From assembly GCA_965228475.1 (NCBI GenBank), contig OZ245817.1:4640001-4704000 (forward strand): a stretch of DNA of 64,000 bases. The letters are read 5' to 3'. The translations under genes were made by a program, and so were the position numbers. Below, piece by piece: positions 36,297-45,805 of the stretch. The notes below the pieces were generated by a model that worked only from the letters and a program-made list of their open reading frames with translations, searched no databases and was not told where the DNA came from. How positions within the stretch are numbered: the first letter of the stretch is position 1; each line of letters starts with the position of its first letter. The stretch is from Myxococcota bacterium (GTDB lineage: Bacteria; Myxococcota_A; UBA9160; JAFDDA01).

Positions 36297-37124
36297 TCAG
36301 GGGGTTTCGGTTTCCATCTGCGCCAGGAACCGGACCAGGATGCGGTTGACCGCCTCGGCCTGCTCGATGTTCACGATGTGGCCGGCCTCGGGGACGAGGA
36401 CCCGCGTGGCCCCGGGGATCTTGCTCGTCATGACCTCGGTGGCCCGGAGGTAGGGGTCGTCCTCCTCGCCGCACATCACGAGGGTCGGCACGGCGATGCC
36501 CTGGAGCTCGTCGATCACGCCGGGCGCCGGGCCCGAGACGTTGATGCCGAAGCGGCCGAGGGCGATCGGGTCCTGGGCGACGATCGCCGCGCGCGCCGCC
36601 TGGGCCGCGGGCAGCTCCGGATTCCGGCCGATCGCCGTCGGCCCGGCCTTGCCGTCGACGAAGGCCTCGAGGCCGCGGGACTCGAGGTAGAAGGCGGTGC
36701 GTTCGACCTGGGCCGCCCAGCGCGCCTGGGCGTCCGGGTTCTTGAAGCCCGGGCCCGAATCCATGAGCACGAGGCCCTGCACACGCTCCGGGTCGCGGAA
36801 GTAGTAGTGGAGCGAAACGAGGCCTCCGAGGGAGAGCCCCGCGAGCACGACCTGCTGGTCGGGTGCGGCCCAGTCGAGCACGCAGGCGAGGTCGTTCAGC
36901 ACGAGATCCATCGAGTAGGCACCGTCCTCGGCGGGGGCCTCGCTCTTCCCGTGGCCGCGGTAGTCCCACAGGACGACGCGCGCGCCGTGGGAGACGAGCT
37001 CTTCCACCTGGGGGCGGAAGTTCTCGTGGGTCGTGCAGAAGGCACAGGTGAAGACGATGGGCGTGCCCTCCCCGTGCGCCTCGACGTAGAGGCGGACCCC
37101 GCCGGCGCCTTCGATCTCGGCCAT
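36297..37124 (-). CDS. Alpha/beta hydrolase
   Basis: DYRGHGKS, GLSLGG, GEED, AGHIVNIEQ. Confidence 0.88.
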   Translation of the reverse strand: MAEIEGAGGVRLYVEAHGEGTPIVFTCAFCTTHENFRPQVEELVSHGARVVLWDYRGHGKSEAPAEDGAYSMDLVLNDLACVLDWAAPDQQVVLAGLSLGGLVSLHYYFRDPERVQGLVLMDSGPGFKNPDAQARWAAQVERTAFYLESRGLEAFVDGKAGPTAIGRNPELPAAQAARAAIVAQDPIALGRFGINVSGPAPGVIDELQGIAVPTLVMCGEEDDPYLRATEVMTSKIPGATRVLVPEAGHIVNIEQAEAVNRILVRFLAQMETETP

Positions 37125-37155
37125 CAGTTCGCCTCTTTCGAGTTTGGGTTCGCGT

Positions 37156-37581
37156 TCATCCGTCGGCTTCGATCTTCTCGCGCAGCGCGGTGGCCATCTG
37201 CTCCATCTGCTCCTTCATCGGCGAGCGGATGGTGAACTCGGGAACGAGGCCCTTCGTGCTGCCTTCCATCTCGATGACGACGGTACAGCCCGAGCCGTTC
37301 TCGTCGAACTCGACCTCGCCGGTCAGTTCCTTCCAGATGTTTCCGTCGCAGACCTTCTCGAAGCGGATGCTGCCGTCCATCAGATAGTCGAAGTGGAAGG
37401 TAGCAACGCCCTCCTGTCCGAGTGCCGTGTAGTGGATGCGGGCCGTCGTGCGGTCGCCCTGCCTCTCGACGATCTCGACCTTCGCCTCCGGGAAGAGCGC
37501 GTGGAGCGTTTCTTCGCTCGCGGCGACCTCCACGACGTGGTCGCGGTCCCGGGCGACGTCGAAGCTCTTGTCCATCCTCAT
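37156..37581 (-). CDS. SRPBCC/START-like lipid-binding protein
   Basis: Size, beta-strand pattern and C-terminal helix typical of helix-grip folds; GAGGAGG RBS. Confidence 0.55.
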   Translation of the reverse strand: MRMDKSFDVARDRDHVVEVAASEETLHALFPEAKVEIVERQGDRTTARIHYTALGQEGVATFHFDYLMDGSIRFEKVCDGNIWKELTGEVEFDENGSGCTVVIEMEGSTKGLVPEFTIRSPMKEQMEQMATALREKIEADG

Positions 37582-37621
37582 GGGAACCTCCTCGGGGATG
37601 CTCGCGCATCCCGTCCGGTTT

Positions 37622-39331
37622 CTATCGTATCTCGATGGCGATCGGGGGCAGCCAGGCCGGCGCTCCGAGCGGCAGGTCCGCGAGCCAGTCGGTCGCGGCG
37701 GCCAGCGGGCCCGGGAGCGGCACCCGGGAAAGCGAGAACGCGCGCGCGCCGCCGAGGGCCTGCTGGAGCTGGGTCGCGAGGGAAGCGGGCGCCGGGTAGA
37801 CGACCAGCTCGACGTCGGTGTCCGGTTCGAGGCCGGTCCGCGCCTTGGCCGCGAGCACGGCCTCGCGCAGTCCGCCCAGCTCGTCGACGAGCCCGCGATC
37901 CCGGGCCTGCCGCCCCGTCCAGACGCGGCCGCGCGCGACGGTGTCGACCTCGGCCTCGGACAGGCCGCGCCCCTCGGCCACGCGTTCGACGAACTGCGTG
38001 TAGGCGACGCGGATCTCGTCGAGGAAGCGCTCGCGCGTCTCGCCCTCCATCGGGCGAAGCATCGCGAGCAGGTCGGCGTTCTCGCCGCGCAGCAGCGTCT
38101 CGTGACCGATCTCGAGCTTGTCGAGCACGCCGCCGAAGGAGGGCCGGACGAGGAAGACGCCGATCGACCCCGTGTAGGTCCCCGGGTGCGCGACGACGTG
38201 GTCCGTCGCGGCGGCGACGTAGTACGCGGCCGAAGCGGCGAGGTCGCTCATGGACGCGATGACCGGCTTCTTCTCCCGCGCGCGTCGGACGGCGCGCCAC
38301 ATCTGCTCCGCCGCGGGGCCCGAGCCGCCCGGGCTGTCGAGCCGGAGCAGGATCGCGGCGATCGAGTCGTCCTCCGCCGCCTGCTCGATGGCCTCGACGG
38401 CGGTGTCGGAGGCGAACGTCGGGCCGCTCCCCGTCGCCTCGCCCTGGACGACGTTCCCGGCGCCGAAGATCAGCGCGAAGGTCGCCTCCGGTTCGAAGCC
38501 GACGGCGCCCGCCGGCACCGCGGCGTACTCGGCGCCCTCGATCAACGGCGGATCACCGAGACTCTCGAAGACCTCGTCCCAATGGGCGATGCGATCGACG
38601 AGCTTGCGCTCGAGCGCCCCCACGGCGGAAAGCGGGACCGCATCCACGGCCGCGCGCAGCTCGGCCTCGCCGAGGCCCCGGCCTTCGCCGACCGCCGCGA
38701 GGAACTGCACTTCGAGATCGTCGAGCAGGGAGTTCGCCATCTCGCGGTTGGCCGGAGACATCTTGCGCCCGCCGATCGTCTCGACGGCGCCCTTGTACTC
38801 GCCGACCCCGAGCACGTCGAGTTCGACGCCGACGCTCTCCCAGAAGCCGCCGAGGAAGACGTACTCCGCGCGCAGGCCGGAGAGCGGGGCCGGGACGCCC
38901 GTCGCCAGCACGATCTCGTCGCAGGCGCTCGCCACGTAGTACTCGAGGTTCGCGCCGTAGGTCTGGACCTCGAGATAGGCGATGGTCTTCTTCCCGGCCT
39001 CGCCAAGCCGCGCGATGGCCCGCCGCAGCTCCTGGGCCTTGCCCCAGCCGATCTCGCTGTTGCGCACGCGCAGCACCACGGTGGCGATCCGCTCGTCTCG
39101 CTCGGCCTTCGCGAACTGCGAGAGGAGCCCCGGGAAGCTCGGCGGGGCGCCGAAGACCATGCCCCCGAGGCGCGAGAGCACGCCGGCGTCGCCGGATTCG
39201 ACGTAGGCCCCTTCGATGCGGAGGGCGAGGGCGCTGCCGGGTTCGACGCCGGGCCCGCGGCTCCCGACCCAGAAGACCGCCAGGATCAGCAGCAGGACGA
39301 CGACCCCGACCACGATGCGCACGCGACGCAT
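37622..39331 (-). CDS. sppA: Signal peptide peptidase SppA (67K type)
   Basis: N-terminal [43 protein letters not shown]. Confidence 0.92.
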   Translation of the reverse strand: MRRVRIVVGVVVLLLILAVFWVGSRGPGVEPGSALALRIEGAYVESGDAGVLSRLGGMVFGAPPSFPGLLSQFAKAERDERIATVVLRVRNSEIGWGKAQELRRAIARLGEAGKKTIAYLEVQTYGANLEYYVASACDEIVLATGVPAPLSGLRAEYVFLGGFWESVGVELDVLGVGEYKGAVETIGGRKMSPANREMANSLLDDLEVQFLAAVGEGRGLGEAELRAAVDAVPLSAVGALERKLVDRIAHWDEVFESLGDPPLIEGAEYAAVPAGAVGFEPEATFALIFGAGNVVQGEATGSGPTFASDTAVEAIEQAAEDDSIAAILLRLDSPGGSGPAAEQMWRAVRRAREKKPVIASMSDLAASAAYYVAAATDHVVAHPGTYTGSIGVFLVRPSFGGVLDKLEIGHETLLRGENADLLAMLRPMEGETRERFLDEIRVAYTQFVERVAEGRGLSEAEVDTVARGRVWTGRQARDRGLVDELGGLREAVLAAKARTGLEPDTDVELVVYPAPASLATQLQQALGGARAFSLSRVPLPGPLAAATDWLADLPLGAPAWLPPIAIEIR

Positions 39332-39426
39332 GTTGACTTCCTCCCCGTTCTTCCCGTCCGTTCTTCTCGTCCGGAGTCCGCCACGAGGGGCCCGACTCTC
39401 CGGATGGGTAAGCTATCCTCGCCCCG

Positions 39427-41025
39427 ATGGCCAAGGACGTCTACGTCGCCGGCGTCGGACTCACCAAGGTCGATCTCACCGGCAACATCTTCGCCAGCGT
39501 GTTCGACCTCTTCGCCGAAGCCTATCGCCGGGCCCTGGTGGACTGCCCCGTGCGGTCCTTCGACGCCGTCCAGGTCGGCATCATGGACTCCGAGGAGTTC
39601 GAAAACCGCGCGAACATCGCCACCAAGGTCGCCGACGTGCTCGGCCTGAAGGGCGTGCCCGCCGTTCGCAGCGAGACCGCCTCCTCGACCGGCGCCGCCG
39701 CGTTCCACGAGGCCTACTACAAGGTGGCGTCGGGACAGTTCGACTCGGTCCTGGTGCTCGCGGGCGAGCGCATGAAAACCGTCACGACCGAGGTCGCCAC
39801 GGCCATCATGTCGAAGACGGTCGCGCCGGTGGAGCGGCGCTTCGGCTTCACCATGCCCGCGCTGATCGCCCTGGTGACCCAGGCCTGGTGCCGGGAGCAC
39901 AAGATCCGCGACGCCGCCGTCTCCGATCTGCTCTCCCGGCTCATGACGCGCGCCCACACGTTCGGGTCCGAGAACCCGCTCGCCGCCTTCCACGGGCGCA
40001 GCGAGCCCCTCGAGAACTACTTCGACGCCGAGCGGAACCTCCCCGTGGCGACGCCGCTCACGCGCAAGGACTGCTCGCCGATCTGCGACGGCGCCGCGGC
40101 GCTCATCCTCACCTCGAAGCCCCAGCCCGTGCGCGTAGCCGGGCTCGGCTCGGCCACCGAGACGAGCTCCATGCTCGACCGCGAACGCCTCTCGGGCCTC
40201 GACGCCACCAGGCGCGCGGCGGAGATCGCCTACTGGCGCGCGGGGATCGCGGACCCGCGCAAGATCGAGGGCCTCGTCGTCGAGTGTCACGATGCGTTCA
40301 ACAGCCTGCTGCCGGTGAACCTCGGCGACCTCGGCCTCTTCGAGCCCGGAGAGGCGGCCGAGGCCCTGGTCGGCCCGCTGAAGAAGCCGATGGGCGACCC
40401 GTACGAGAACCCCGTGACCGGCGTGCGCGGCCGCATCCCGACCAACCTCTCGGGCGGCCTGAAGGCTCGCGGGCACCCCGTCGGCGGGACGGGCCTCTTC
40501 CAGATCGCGGAGACCTACCTCCAGATCACCGAACGCTTCCCGAACCCGAGGGCCCAGGTGGAGGGCGCGCGGGTCGGGCTGGCGCACTCCATCGGCGGAC
40601 CGGGCAACAACGTCTACGTCACGCTGCTCGAGCGCTCGGACAACGACCGCGCGCGGGAGGCGCCGCCGAAGCCGCGGCTCCACTTCGCCTCGCCGGACCG
40701 CAAGCCGGGTTTCGGCGAGTCGGAGAGCGCCGACGACGTGCGCGCCACGGTCGAGGCCTTCACCACGATCCACGTGACCTCGGGTGCGTCGAAGGAGCCG
40801 ATCCACGTCGCCCTGATCCAGCTCGGGGATCAGCGCGTGTTCGCGAAGCTCGACCACGAGCCGCGCGAAGGCGAGACGACCGAGGCCATCCTCCACGGGC
40901 AGCGCGTCCGGCTGCTCGTGAAGGACGACGGCGACCAGTACTTCCAAATCCCGCGCGGCCGAAGCCTCGGCCTCGGCGGCGTCATCGAACGCGTCCGCCG
41001 CCGGGTCGTCGGCGAACCCGACTGA
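39427..41025 (+). CDS. SCP-x-type thiolase-like protein fused to a C-terminal DUF35-like OB-fold
   Basis: DCSPICDGAAA, HDAF, NLSGGLKARGHPVGGTG; tail TVEAFTTIHV..PIHVALIQL..GQRVRL. Confidence 0.8.
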   Translation: MAKDVYVAGVGLTKVDLTGNIFASVFDLFAEAYRRALVDCPVRSFDAVQVGIMDSEEFENRANIATKVADVLGLKGVPAVRSETASSTGAAAFHEAYYKVASGQFDSVLVLAGERMKTVTTEVATAIMSKTVAPVERRFGFTMPALIALVTQAWCREHKIRDAAVSDLLSRLMTRAHTFGSENPLAAFHGRSEPLENYFDAERNLPVATPLTRKDCSPICDGAAALILTSKPQPVRVAGLGSATETSSMLDRERLSGLDATRRAAEIAYWRAGIADPRKIEGLVVECHDAFNSLLPVNLGDLGLFEPGEAAEALVGPLKKPMGDPYENPVTGVRGRIPTNLSGGLKARGHPVGGTGLFQIAETYLQITERFPNPRAQVEGARVGLAHSIGGPGNNVYVTLLERSDNDRAREAPPKPRLHFASPDRKPGFGESESADDVRATVEAFTTIHVTSGASKEPIHVALIQLGDQRVFAKLDHEPREGETTEAILHGQRVRLLVKDDGDQYFQIPRGRSLGLGGVIERVRRRVVGEPD

Positions 41026-41045
41026 CCAGCGAGTAGCCCGCCCGC

Positions 41046-42149
41046 CTAGAAGACGATCACGCCCCGGGCGTTCAGGCCTTCCTTCAGGTCCTCGAAGGCC
41101 TGGGGAGCGTCGTCGACGGAGTAGGTCTTGGTGACCAGCTCGTCGAGCTTCAGCCGGTTGCTGCGGTAGAGGTTCAGCAGGCGCGGGTAGTCGCGGCGCG
41201 GAACGCCAGATCCGAACCAGCTGCCGACGAGCCGCTTCTCGAGCGCCGTCAGCATCGTGGCCGAGATCGGCGCCATGTCCGTCGGACCGGCCACGCCGAC
41301 CACGACCGCCGTGCCGCCCTTGCGCGTCGAGGCGAAGGCCTCGGCCACCACGGGCCCCGCACCGATGCATTCGAAGGCGTAGTCCACGCCGCCACCCGTG
41401 AGTTCCATGATCTTCGCCGGTGCCGCGCCGTCGGTGTTCGGGTTGACGGTGTGGGTGGCGCCGAAGGCCTGGGCCCACTCGAGCTTCTTGTCCACGAGGT
41501 CGACGGCGATGATCTTCTCCGCGCCCGCGATGGCGCAGCCCTGGATCACGTTCAGGCCGATGCCGCCCACGCCGAAGACGGCGCAGGTCGAACCGGGCTC
41601 GACGTCCGCCGTGTTGATCGCCGCGCCGACGCCCGTCAGCACGCCGCAGGAGACGAGGCACGCCTTGTCGAGCGGGAGGTCCGCGTCGATCTTCACGACG
41701 CTGTTGCGCACCACCGTCGTGTACTCGGCCATGCAGCCGCAGCCCGAGAAGATGTTCAGCGCATTGCCGCCGCCGTCCTGGACCCGCGTCGTGCCGTCGG
41801 GCAGGGAGAAGTAGACCTTCGCGTGGTCGTCGCAGAGCTGCCCCTCGCCGCCCGCGCAGAAGCGGCAGCAGCCGCACTGCGGGATGAAGGACATCAGCAC
41901 GTGGTCGCCGACCTGGAGATCCGTCACGCCCTCGCCGACTTCCTCGACGACGCCCGCCCCCTCGTGGCCGAGCACGAGCGGCGGAGGCAGGGGCATCTTC
42001 CCGGAGACGGCGGCCGCATCGCTCGCGCACACGCCGCAGGCCTTGATGTGGACCATCACCTCGCCGGGGCCGGGCGATGCGACGGTGACTTCTTCGACGG
42101 ATACGGTGCCGTGCTCGCGGACGAGGACGGCCTTGCCGGTCTTGGCCAT
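41046..42149 (-). CDS. Zinc-dependent alcohol dehydrogenase (class III-like MDR)
   Basis: CGVCASD, GHEGAG, CGCCRFC...C, GVGGIG. Confidence 0.92.
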   Translation of the reverse strand: MAKTGKAVLVREHGTVSVEEVTVASPGPGEVMVHIKACGVCASDAAAVSGKMPLPPPLVLGHEGAGVVEEVGEGVTDLQVGDHVLMSFIPQCGCCRFCAGGEGQLCDDHAKVYFSLPDGTTRVQDGGGNALNIFSGCGCMAEYTTVVRNSVVKIDADLPLDKACLVSCGVLTGVGAAINTADVEPGSTCAVFGVGGIGLNVIQGCAIAGAEKIIAVDLVDKKLEWAQAFGATHTVNPNTDGAAPAKIMELTGGGVDYAFECIGAGPVVAEAFASTRKGGTAVVVGVAGPTDMAPISATMLTALEKRLVGSWFGSGVPRRDYPRLLNLYRSNRLKLDELVTKTYSVDDAPQAFEDLKEGLNARGVIVF

Positions 42150-42296
42150 GGGGGAATCTCCTTCGGGTGGCGCGCAGCGGCTCCGAAAGGGCGATTCCGG
42201 CCGCGCGAGGCCAGTCTACGGCAACTGATTTCCGAATCAAAACCCGGATTCCCGAGCCAAAACCCGTTTCGCCTACAATGACGGCCTGGAGGCACC

Positions 42297-43184
42297 ATGG
42301 GGATCCGACCCTTCCGCAGTTCCGACGCCGAACCGCTCGCCGACCTCTCGGCGGGCTGCCTGAAAGGGGAGACGGACTTCGCGCTGAACCCGCTCTGGGA
42401 GACGGAAGGCGAGCTGCGCGCCGAGTTCGACCGCCTCGGCATCGCGCCCGAAGAACACCTGCTCGTGGCCGAGGACGATGCGGGTGCGCCCATCGGCATG
42501 GTCGGGTTCCTGCGGCGCCCGGGCGACGGGCAGGCCGGGCTCGTGGCGCCGGTGGTGAAGCGGGATCTGCGCGGCGAAGGGCTCGGCGGCGAGCTGCTGC
42601 GCGCCGCGCTCGAGCGCGGGAAACAGCTCGGCATCGGCCTCGTGACCGGCGCCGTCGGCACCCGCAACCGGGCCGGCTACGCCCTGCTGACGAGCCTCGG
42701 TTTCCAGTCCCTGCGCCAGCACTTCATGATGCGCTGCGACGAGCGGCCGGCGCTCGTGGATCTTCCGGTCGAGGGCCTCGTCCTCGAAACCGCAAAGCCG
42801 GACGACGCGGACGCGATCCACGAGATCTACCAGGCTTCGAACTTCGACGAGGTCCGCACGCGCGAGCGCATCGACGAAGTGCTCGGCGACGGAATCCACT
42901 TCCACGCCGTCGCGCGCCATCAGGGCGAGACCGTCGCCTTCGCGGAGATCGAGACGCACTGGCCGCGCCGGGTGTGGGTCTCCTTCGTCGGCGTGAAGGA
43001 CGGCCTGCGCAACCGCGGCGTCGGCTCGGCGGTCGTCGCGTGGTCGCTCCAGCGCCAGTTCGACGCCGAAGCCGATGCCGCGCTCCTGCTGCTCTCGCCG
43101 GTGAACCGCCCGGCCGTGCGCGCGTACCAGAAGGTCGGCTTCAACCTGCACCGCACCGTCGACGTCCTGCAGCGCATCCTCTGA
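42297..43184 (+). CDS. Tandem GNAT acetyltransferase
   Basis: Two motif-A copies RGEGLG and RNRGVG; NRPAVRAYQKVGF; GGAGG RBS with TACAAT -10 upstream. Confidence 0.85.
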   Translation: MGIRPFRSSDAEPLADLSAGCLKGETDFALNPLWETEGELRAEFDRLGIAPEEHLLVAEDDAGAPIGMVGFLRRPGDGQAGLVAPVVKRDLRGEGLGGELLRAALERGKQLGIGLVTGAVGTRNRAGYALLTSLGFQSLRQHFMMRCDERPALVDLPVEGLVLETAKPDDADAIHEIYQASNFDEVRTRERIDEVLGDGIHFHAVARHQGETVAFAEIETHWPRRVWVSFVGVKDGLRNRGVGSAVVAWSLQRQFDAEADAALLLLSPVNRPAVRAYQKVGFNLHRTVDVLQRIL

Positions 43185-43206
43185 GCGGCCGGGGCCGGCG
43201 CGCGGC

Positions 43207-44403
43207 CTAGAGCTCGAGGGTCGCGATCTCGCGGGCGCAGTTGATGCGGATGGCGGGCCCGGCGACGCCGATGCCCCGGTTCACGTAGAGCGTCGAGCCG
43301 TTCTGCCGGTAGAGCCCGCGCGGGTAGTCCGTGATGATGCGCGCGAGGTTCCAGTGATGCGCGCCGGGCAGCGCGAGCTGTCCGCCGTGGGTGTGGCCGG
43401 CCAGCACGAGCGGGAAGCCGAGCTGGGAGGCCTGGGGAAAGAACTCGGGCCGATGGATCAGCAGGATGGCCGGTCCGTCGTCCGGAAGCGAACGGTGGAG
43501 TTCGTCGAGCCCGTCGAAGCGCACCCCGCGGGCGGTCCAGTCGCCCTCCGGGTCGTCCACGCCGCACACGTAGAGCGGGTGGTCGGCCGGCACCTTCTCC
43601 CAGTCGCCGCGGAGCAGGCGGATGTTCGGTGCGAGGCGACCGAGACTCTCCGCCACGTACTCGCGCCCGGTGTAGCGGTCGTGGTTGCCGAGCACGGCGT
43701 AGACCCCGCGGCGCGCGCGCAGGCCGGAGAGTCCCGCGGCGCCTTCCTCGACGTAGGCCGGGTCGAAGTCGAAGAGGTCGCCGGTCAGAGCGATGACGTC
43801 CGCTTCCATCTCGTTCACGCGTTCGACGAGCGAGGCGAGCCGCGCCCCTTCCATGCCGTTGCCGATGTGCAGGTCCGTCAGGTGGACGATGCGCAGGCCG
43901 GCGAGCGCGTCCGGGAAGGCGTCGAGGCCGAGCGGCACGTGGGTCTCGTCGACGGCGGCCTGCCCTCCGGTGAAGCCCCAAAGGAAGGTGGCGACGAGCG
44001 TGCAGACCACGGCGCCGCTCACGACGCGGAAAGCGTCGAAGGCGAAGTCGCCGCTGATGCCGAGCGCATTCAAGGCACCGGCGAGCGGCAGGTAGCCGAG
44101 CCACGCGAGCGTGATCACGAGGCCGACCGGCAGCGTCGTCACGCCGATCGCCATGTAGGCGCGGCCGAGTTTGCGCGGGAGCCCCTGCGAACGGGCCGCG
44201 CGGCGGATGGTCGGAAGCGCGAACACGTTCGCCGCCACGAGCGCCGCCGCGAGCACGAGGCCGAGCGCGAGCCCCGGCCCCTCCCGCCCGGCGAACACGA
44301 CCACCACCCAGTGCCCGACGATCACCTGGAACACGCCGACCAGCACCGTGAGGATGGTGAAGAGGTTCCCGAAGAAGAGCTTGCTGAGGCCTTTCCGTTC
44401 CAC
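43207..44403 (-). CDS. Membrane-anchored metallophosphoesterase (YkuE/YaeI-like)
   Basis: N-terminal TM helices; DLH, GD, GNHD, GHTHGGQ motifs. Confidence 0.88.
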   Translation of the reverse strand: MERKGLSKLFFGNLFTILTVLVGVFQVIVGHWVVVVFAGREGPGLALGLVLAAALVAANVFALPTIRRAARSQGLPRKLGRAYMAIGVTTLPVGLVITLAWLGYLPLAGALNALGISGDFAFDAFRVVSGAVVCTLVATFLWGFTGGQAAVDETHVPLGLDAFPDALAGLRIVHLTDLHIGNGMEGARLASLVERVNEMEADVIALTGDLFDFDPAYVEEGAAGLSGLRARRGVYAVLGNHDRYTGREYVAESLGRLAPNIRLLRGDWEKVPADHPLYVCGVDDPEGDWTARGVRFDGLDELHRSLPDDGPAILLIHRPEFFPQASQLGFPLVLAGHTHGGQLALPGAHHWNLARIITDYPRGLYRQNGSTLYVNRGIGVAGPAIRINCAREIATLEL

Positions 44404-44405
44404 GC

Positions 44406-45452
44406 CTAGAACCGATCCGCCGGCCAGAAGCCGAAGCGCTCGGGCGGGAGCACGCGCCGAAGGAGATCCCCCGACTCGGCGCGCGCCTGCTCGTCGCTCG
44501 CCGGCCGGAAGGGTTCGCCGAAACGCATCGCGAACCCGTGCGGGTCCGAGACGAAGAACATGCTGCCGCGGTCCTCGGAGGTCGTGCTCCCGATGCCCGC
44601 CTCGCCGAGCGCGGCCTCGAGCGGCGCATCGAACAGCGGCGGGAGCGAGGCGACGCTCCGGAACTCCGCGGAGGGCCGCCCGATCGGCGCGATCGGATCC
44701 TCGGGCCGGGGCGCGAGCGCCGCGCGGAAGAGCGTCGCCAGCGCCGGCGCGGCGTCGTCCTCGCGGCCCCACTCCATGAGCACCAGGAGGCGGGAGAGAC
44801 AGACCGCGCGCAGGTAGGCGACGACGCGTCCGCCCTCGCGCACGACGCGGAACTCCTCCGTCGGATTTCCCGCGTGGCGAAGATTCGTCCACCAGCGCTC
44901 GCCCTCGCGCAGGCACGTGCCGTCGCGGCCCCGCGAGTAGTCGGCGTGGATCGCCTGCACCTCGGCCAGGTCCCGCGGCGCGTCGAAGGGCTCGCTGGCC
45001 GCGAGCGCGGCTTCGCCGTCGCCGCCCTCCGGGCGCAGCAACGGGCGCGCGACGGGCCAGGCGTGCCAGCCGAGCTTCTCGTAGAACGGGACCGGCCCGG
45101 CGAAGAGCAGGCCGAGCTCGAGGCGGCGCGCGCGCAGGTCTTCCATCGCCGCGCGCATCACCGCGCTCGCCATGCCGCGGGCGCGGCGGTCGGGGTGGGT
45201 GAAGACGGTTCCGATCCCGCCCGCCGGGACGGACTTCCCGCGCACCAGGAGCTTCCGCGGGAAGATCTGGACGCAGGAAACGAGCCGGGCCCCCTCCGCC
45301 GCGACCCACACGTCGCGCGGGTCGAACTCGGGCTCGTCCTCGACGTAGCGCTCGAACTGCTTGCGCATCGGCCAATCGTCGAGGGTCGGCCAGAGGCCGA
45401 CGAGATCGAGCAGCGCGGTCTGCTCTCCGTTTCGCAGGGGTCGGACGTCCAC
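44406..45452 (-). CDS. GNAT acetyltransferase (Eis-like N-terminus)
   Basis: GGIGTVFTHPDRRARGMAS, FYEKLGW. Confidence 0.8.
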   Translation of the reverse strand: MDVRPLRNGEQTALLDLVGLWPTLDDWPMRKQFERYVEDEPEFDPRDVWVAAEGARLVSCVQIFPRKLLVRGKSVPAGGIGTVFTHPDRRARGMASAVMRAAMEDLRARRLELGLLFAGPVPFYEKLGWHAWPVARPLLRPEGGDGEAALAASEPFDAPRDLAEVQAIHADYSRGRDGTCLREGERWWTNLRHAGNPTEEFRVVREGGRVVAYLRAVCLSRLLVLMEWGREDDAAPALATLFRAALAPRPEDPIAPIGRPSAEFRSVASLPPLFDAPLEAALGEAGIGSTTSEDRGSMFFVSDPHGFAMRFGEPFRPASDEQARAESGDLLRRVLPPERFGFWPADRF

Positions 45453-45461
45453 GGGGCGCCG

Positions 45462-45469
45462 AGTATACT
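45462..45469. promoter_or_regulatory. Palindromic AGTATACT giving a TATACT -10 on both strands for two divergent genes
   Basis: 23-nt gap between GTG 45452 (-) and ATG 45476 (+); no SD sequence. Confidence 0.65.
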
Positions 45470-45475
45470 GACTCC

Positions 45476-45805
45476 ATGTCCGACGCCCGGAATCTCTACA
45501 AGGAAGGCTTCGCGCTGTTCGTGAAGCAGGACTTCGACGGCGCCATCGCCAAGTACGGCGAGGCCCTCGCCGCAGACCCGAAGCTCGCGATCGCCTGGAG
45601 CGCGCTCGCCATGGCCCATTCGCGCAAGGGCGATTTCGATGCCGCCATCGAGGCCGGCCTGAAGACCGCCGAGCTCGAGCCCGACGAGCCCCTCACCTAC
45701 ACCAACCTCTCGATCTTCTACCAGCAGAAGGGGATGGTGCCCGAGGCGGAGGACGCCAAGGCGCGGGCCATGCAGCTCGGAATGAGGCAGCAAGGCGGCG
45801 ACTAG
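45476..45805 (+). CDS. Small tetratricopeptide repeat protein
   Basis: Three TPR-like helical pairs. Confidence 0.8.
   Translation: MSDARNLYKEGFALFVKQDFDGAIAKYGEALAADPKLAIAWSALAMAHSRKGDFDAAIEAGLKTAELEPDEPLTYTNLSIFYQQKGMVPEAEDAKARAMQLGMRQQGGD

Noticed and set aside
41029..41048. GAGTAGCCCGCCCGCC resembling the 19-bp repeat unit (possible REP-like family)
   Set aside because: Only about 8 nt match, in one extra copy, which is compatible with chance.
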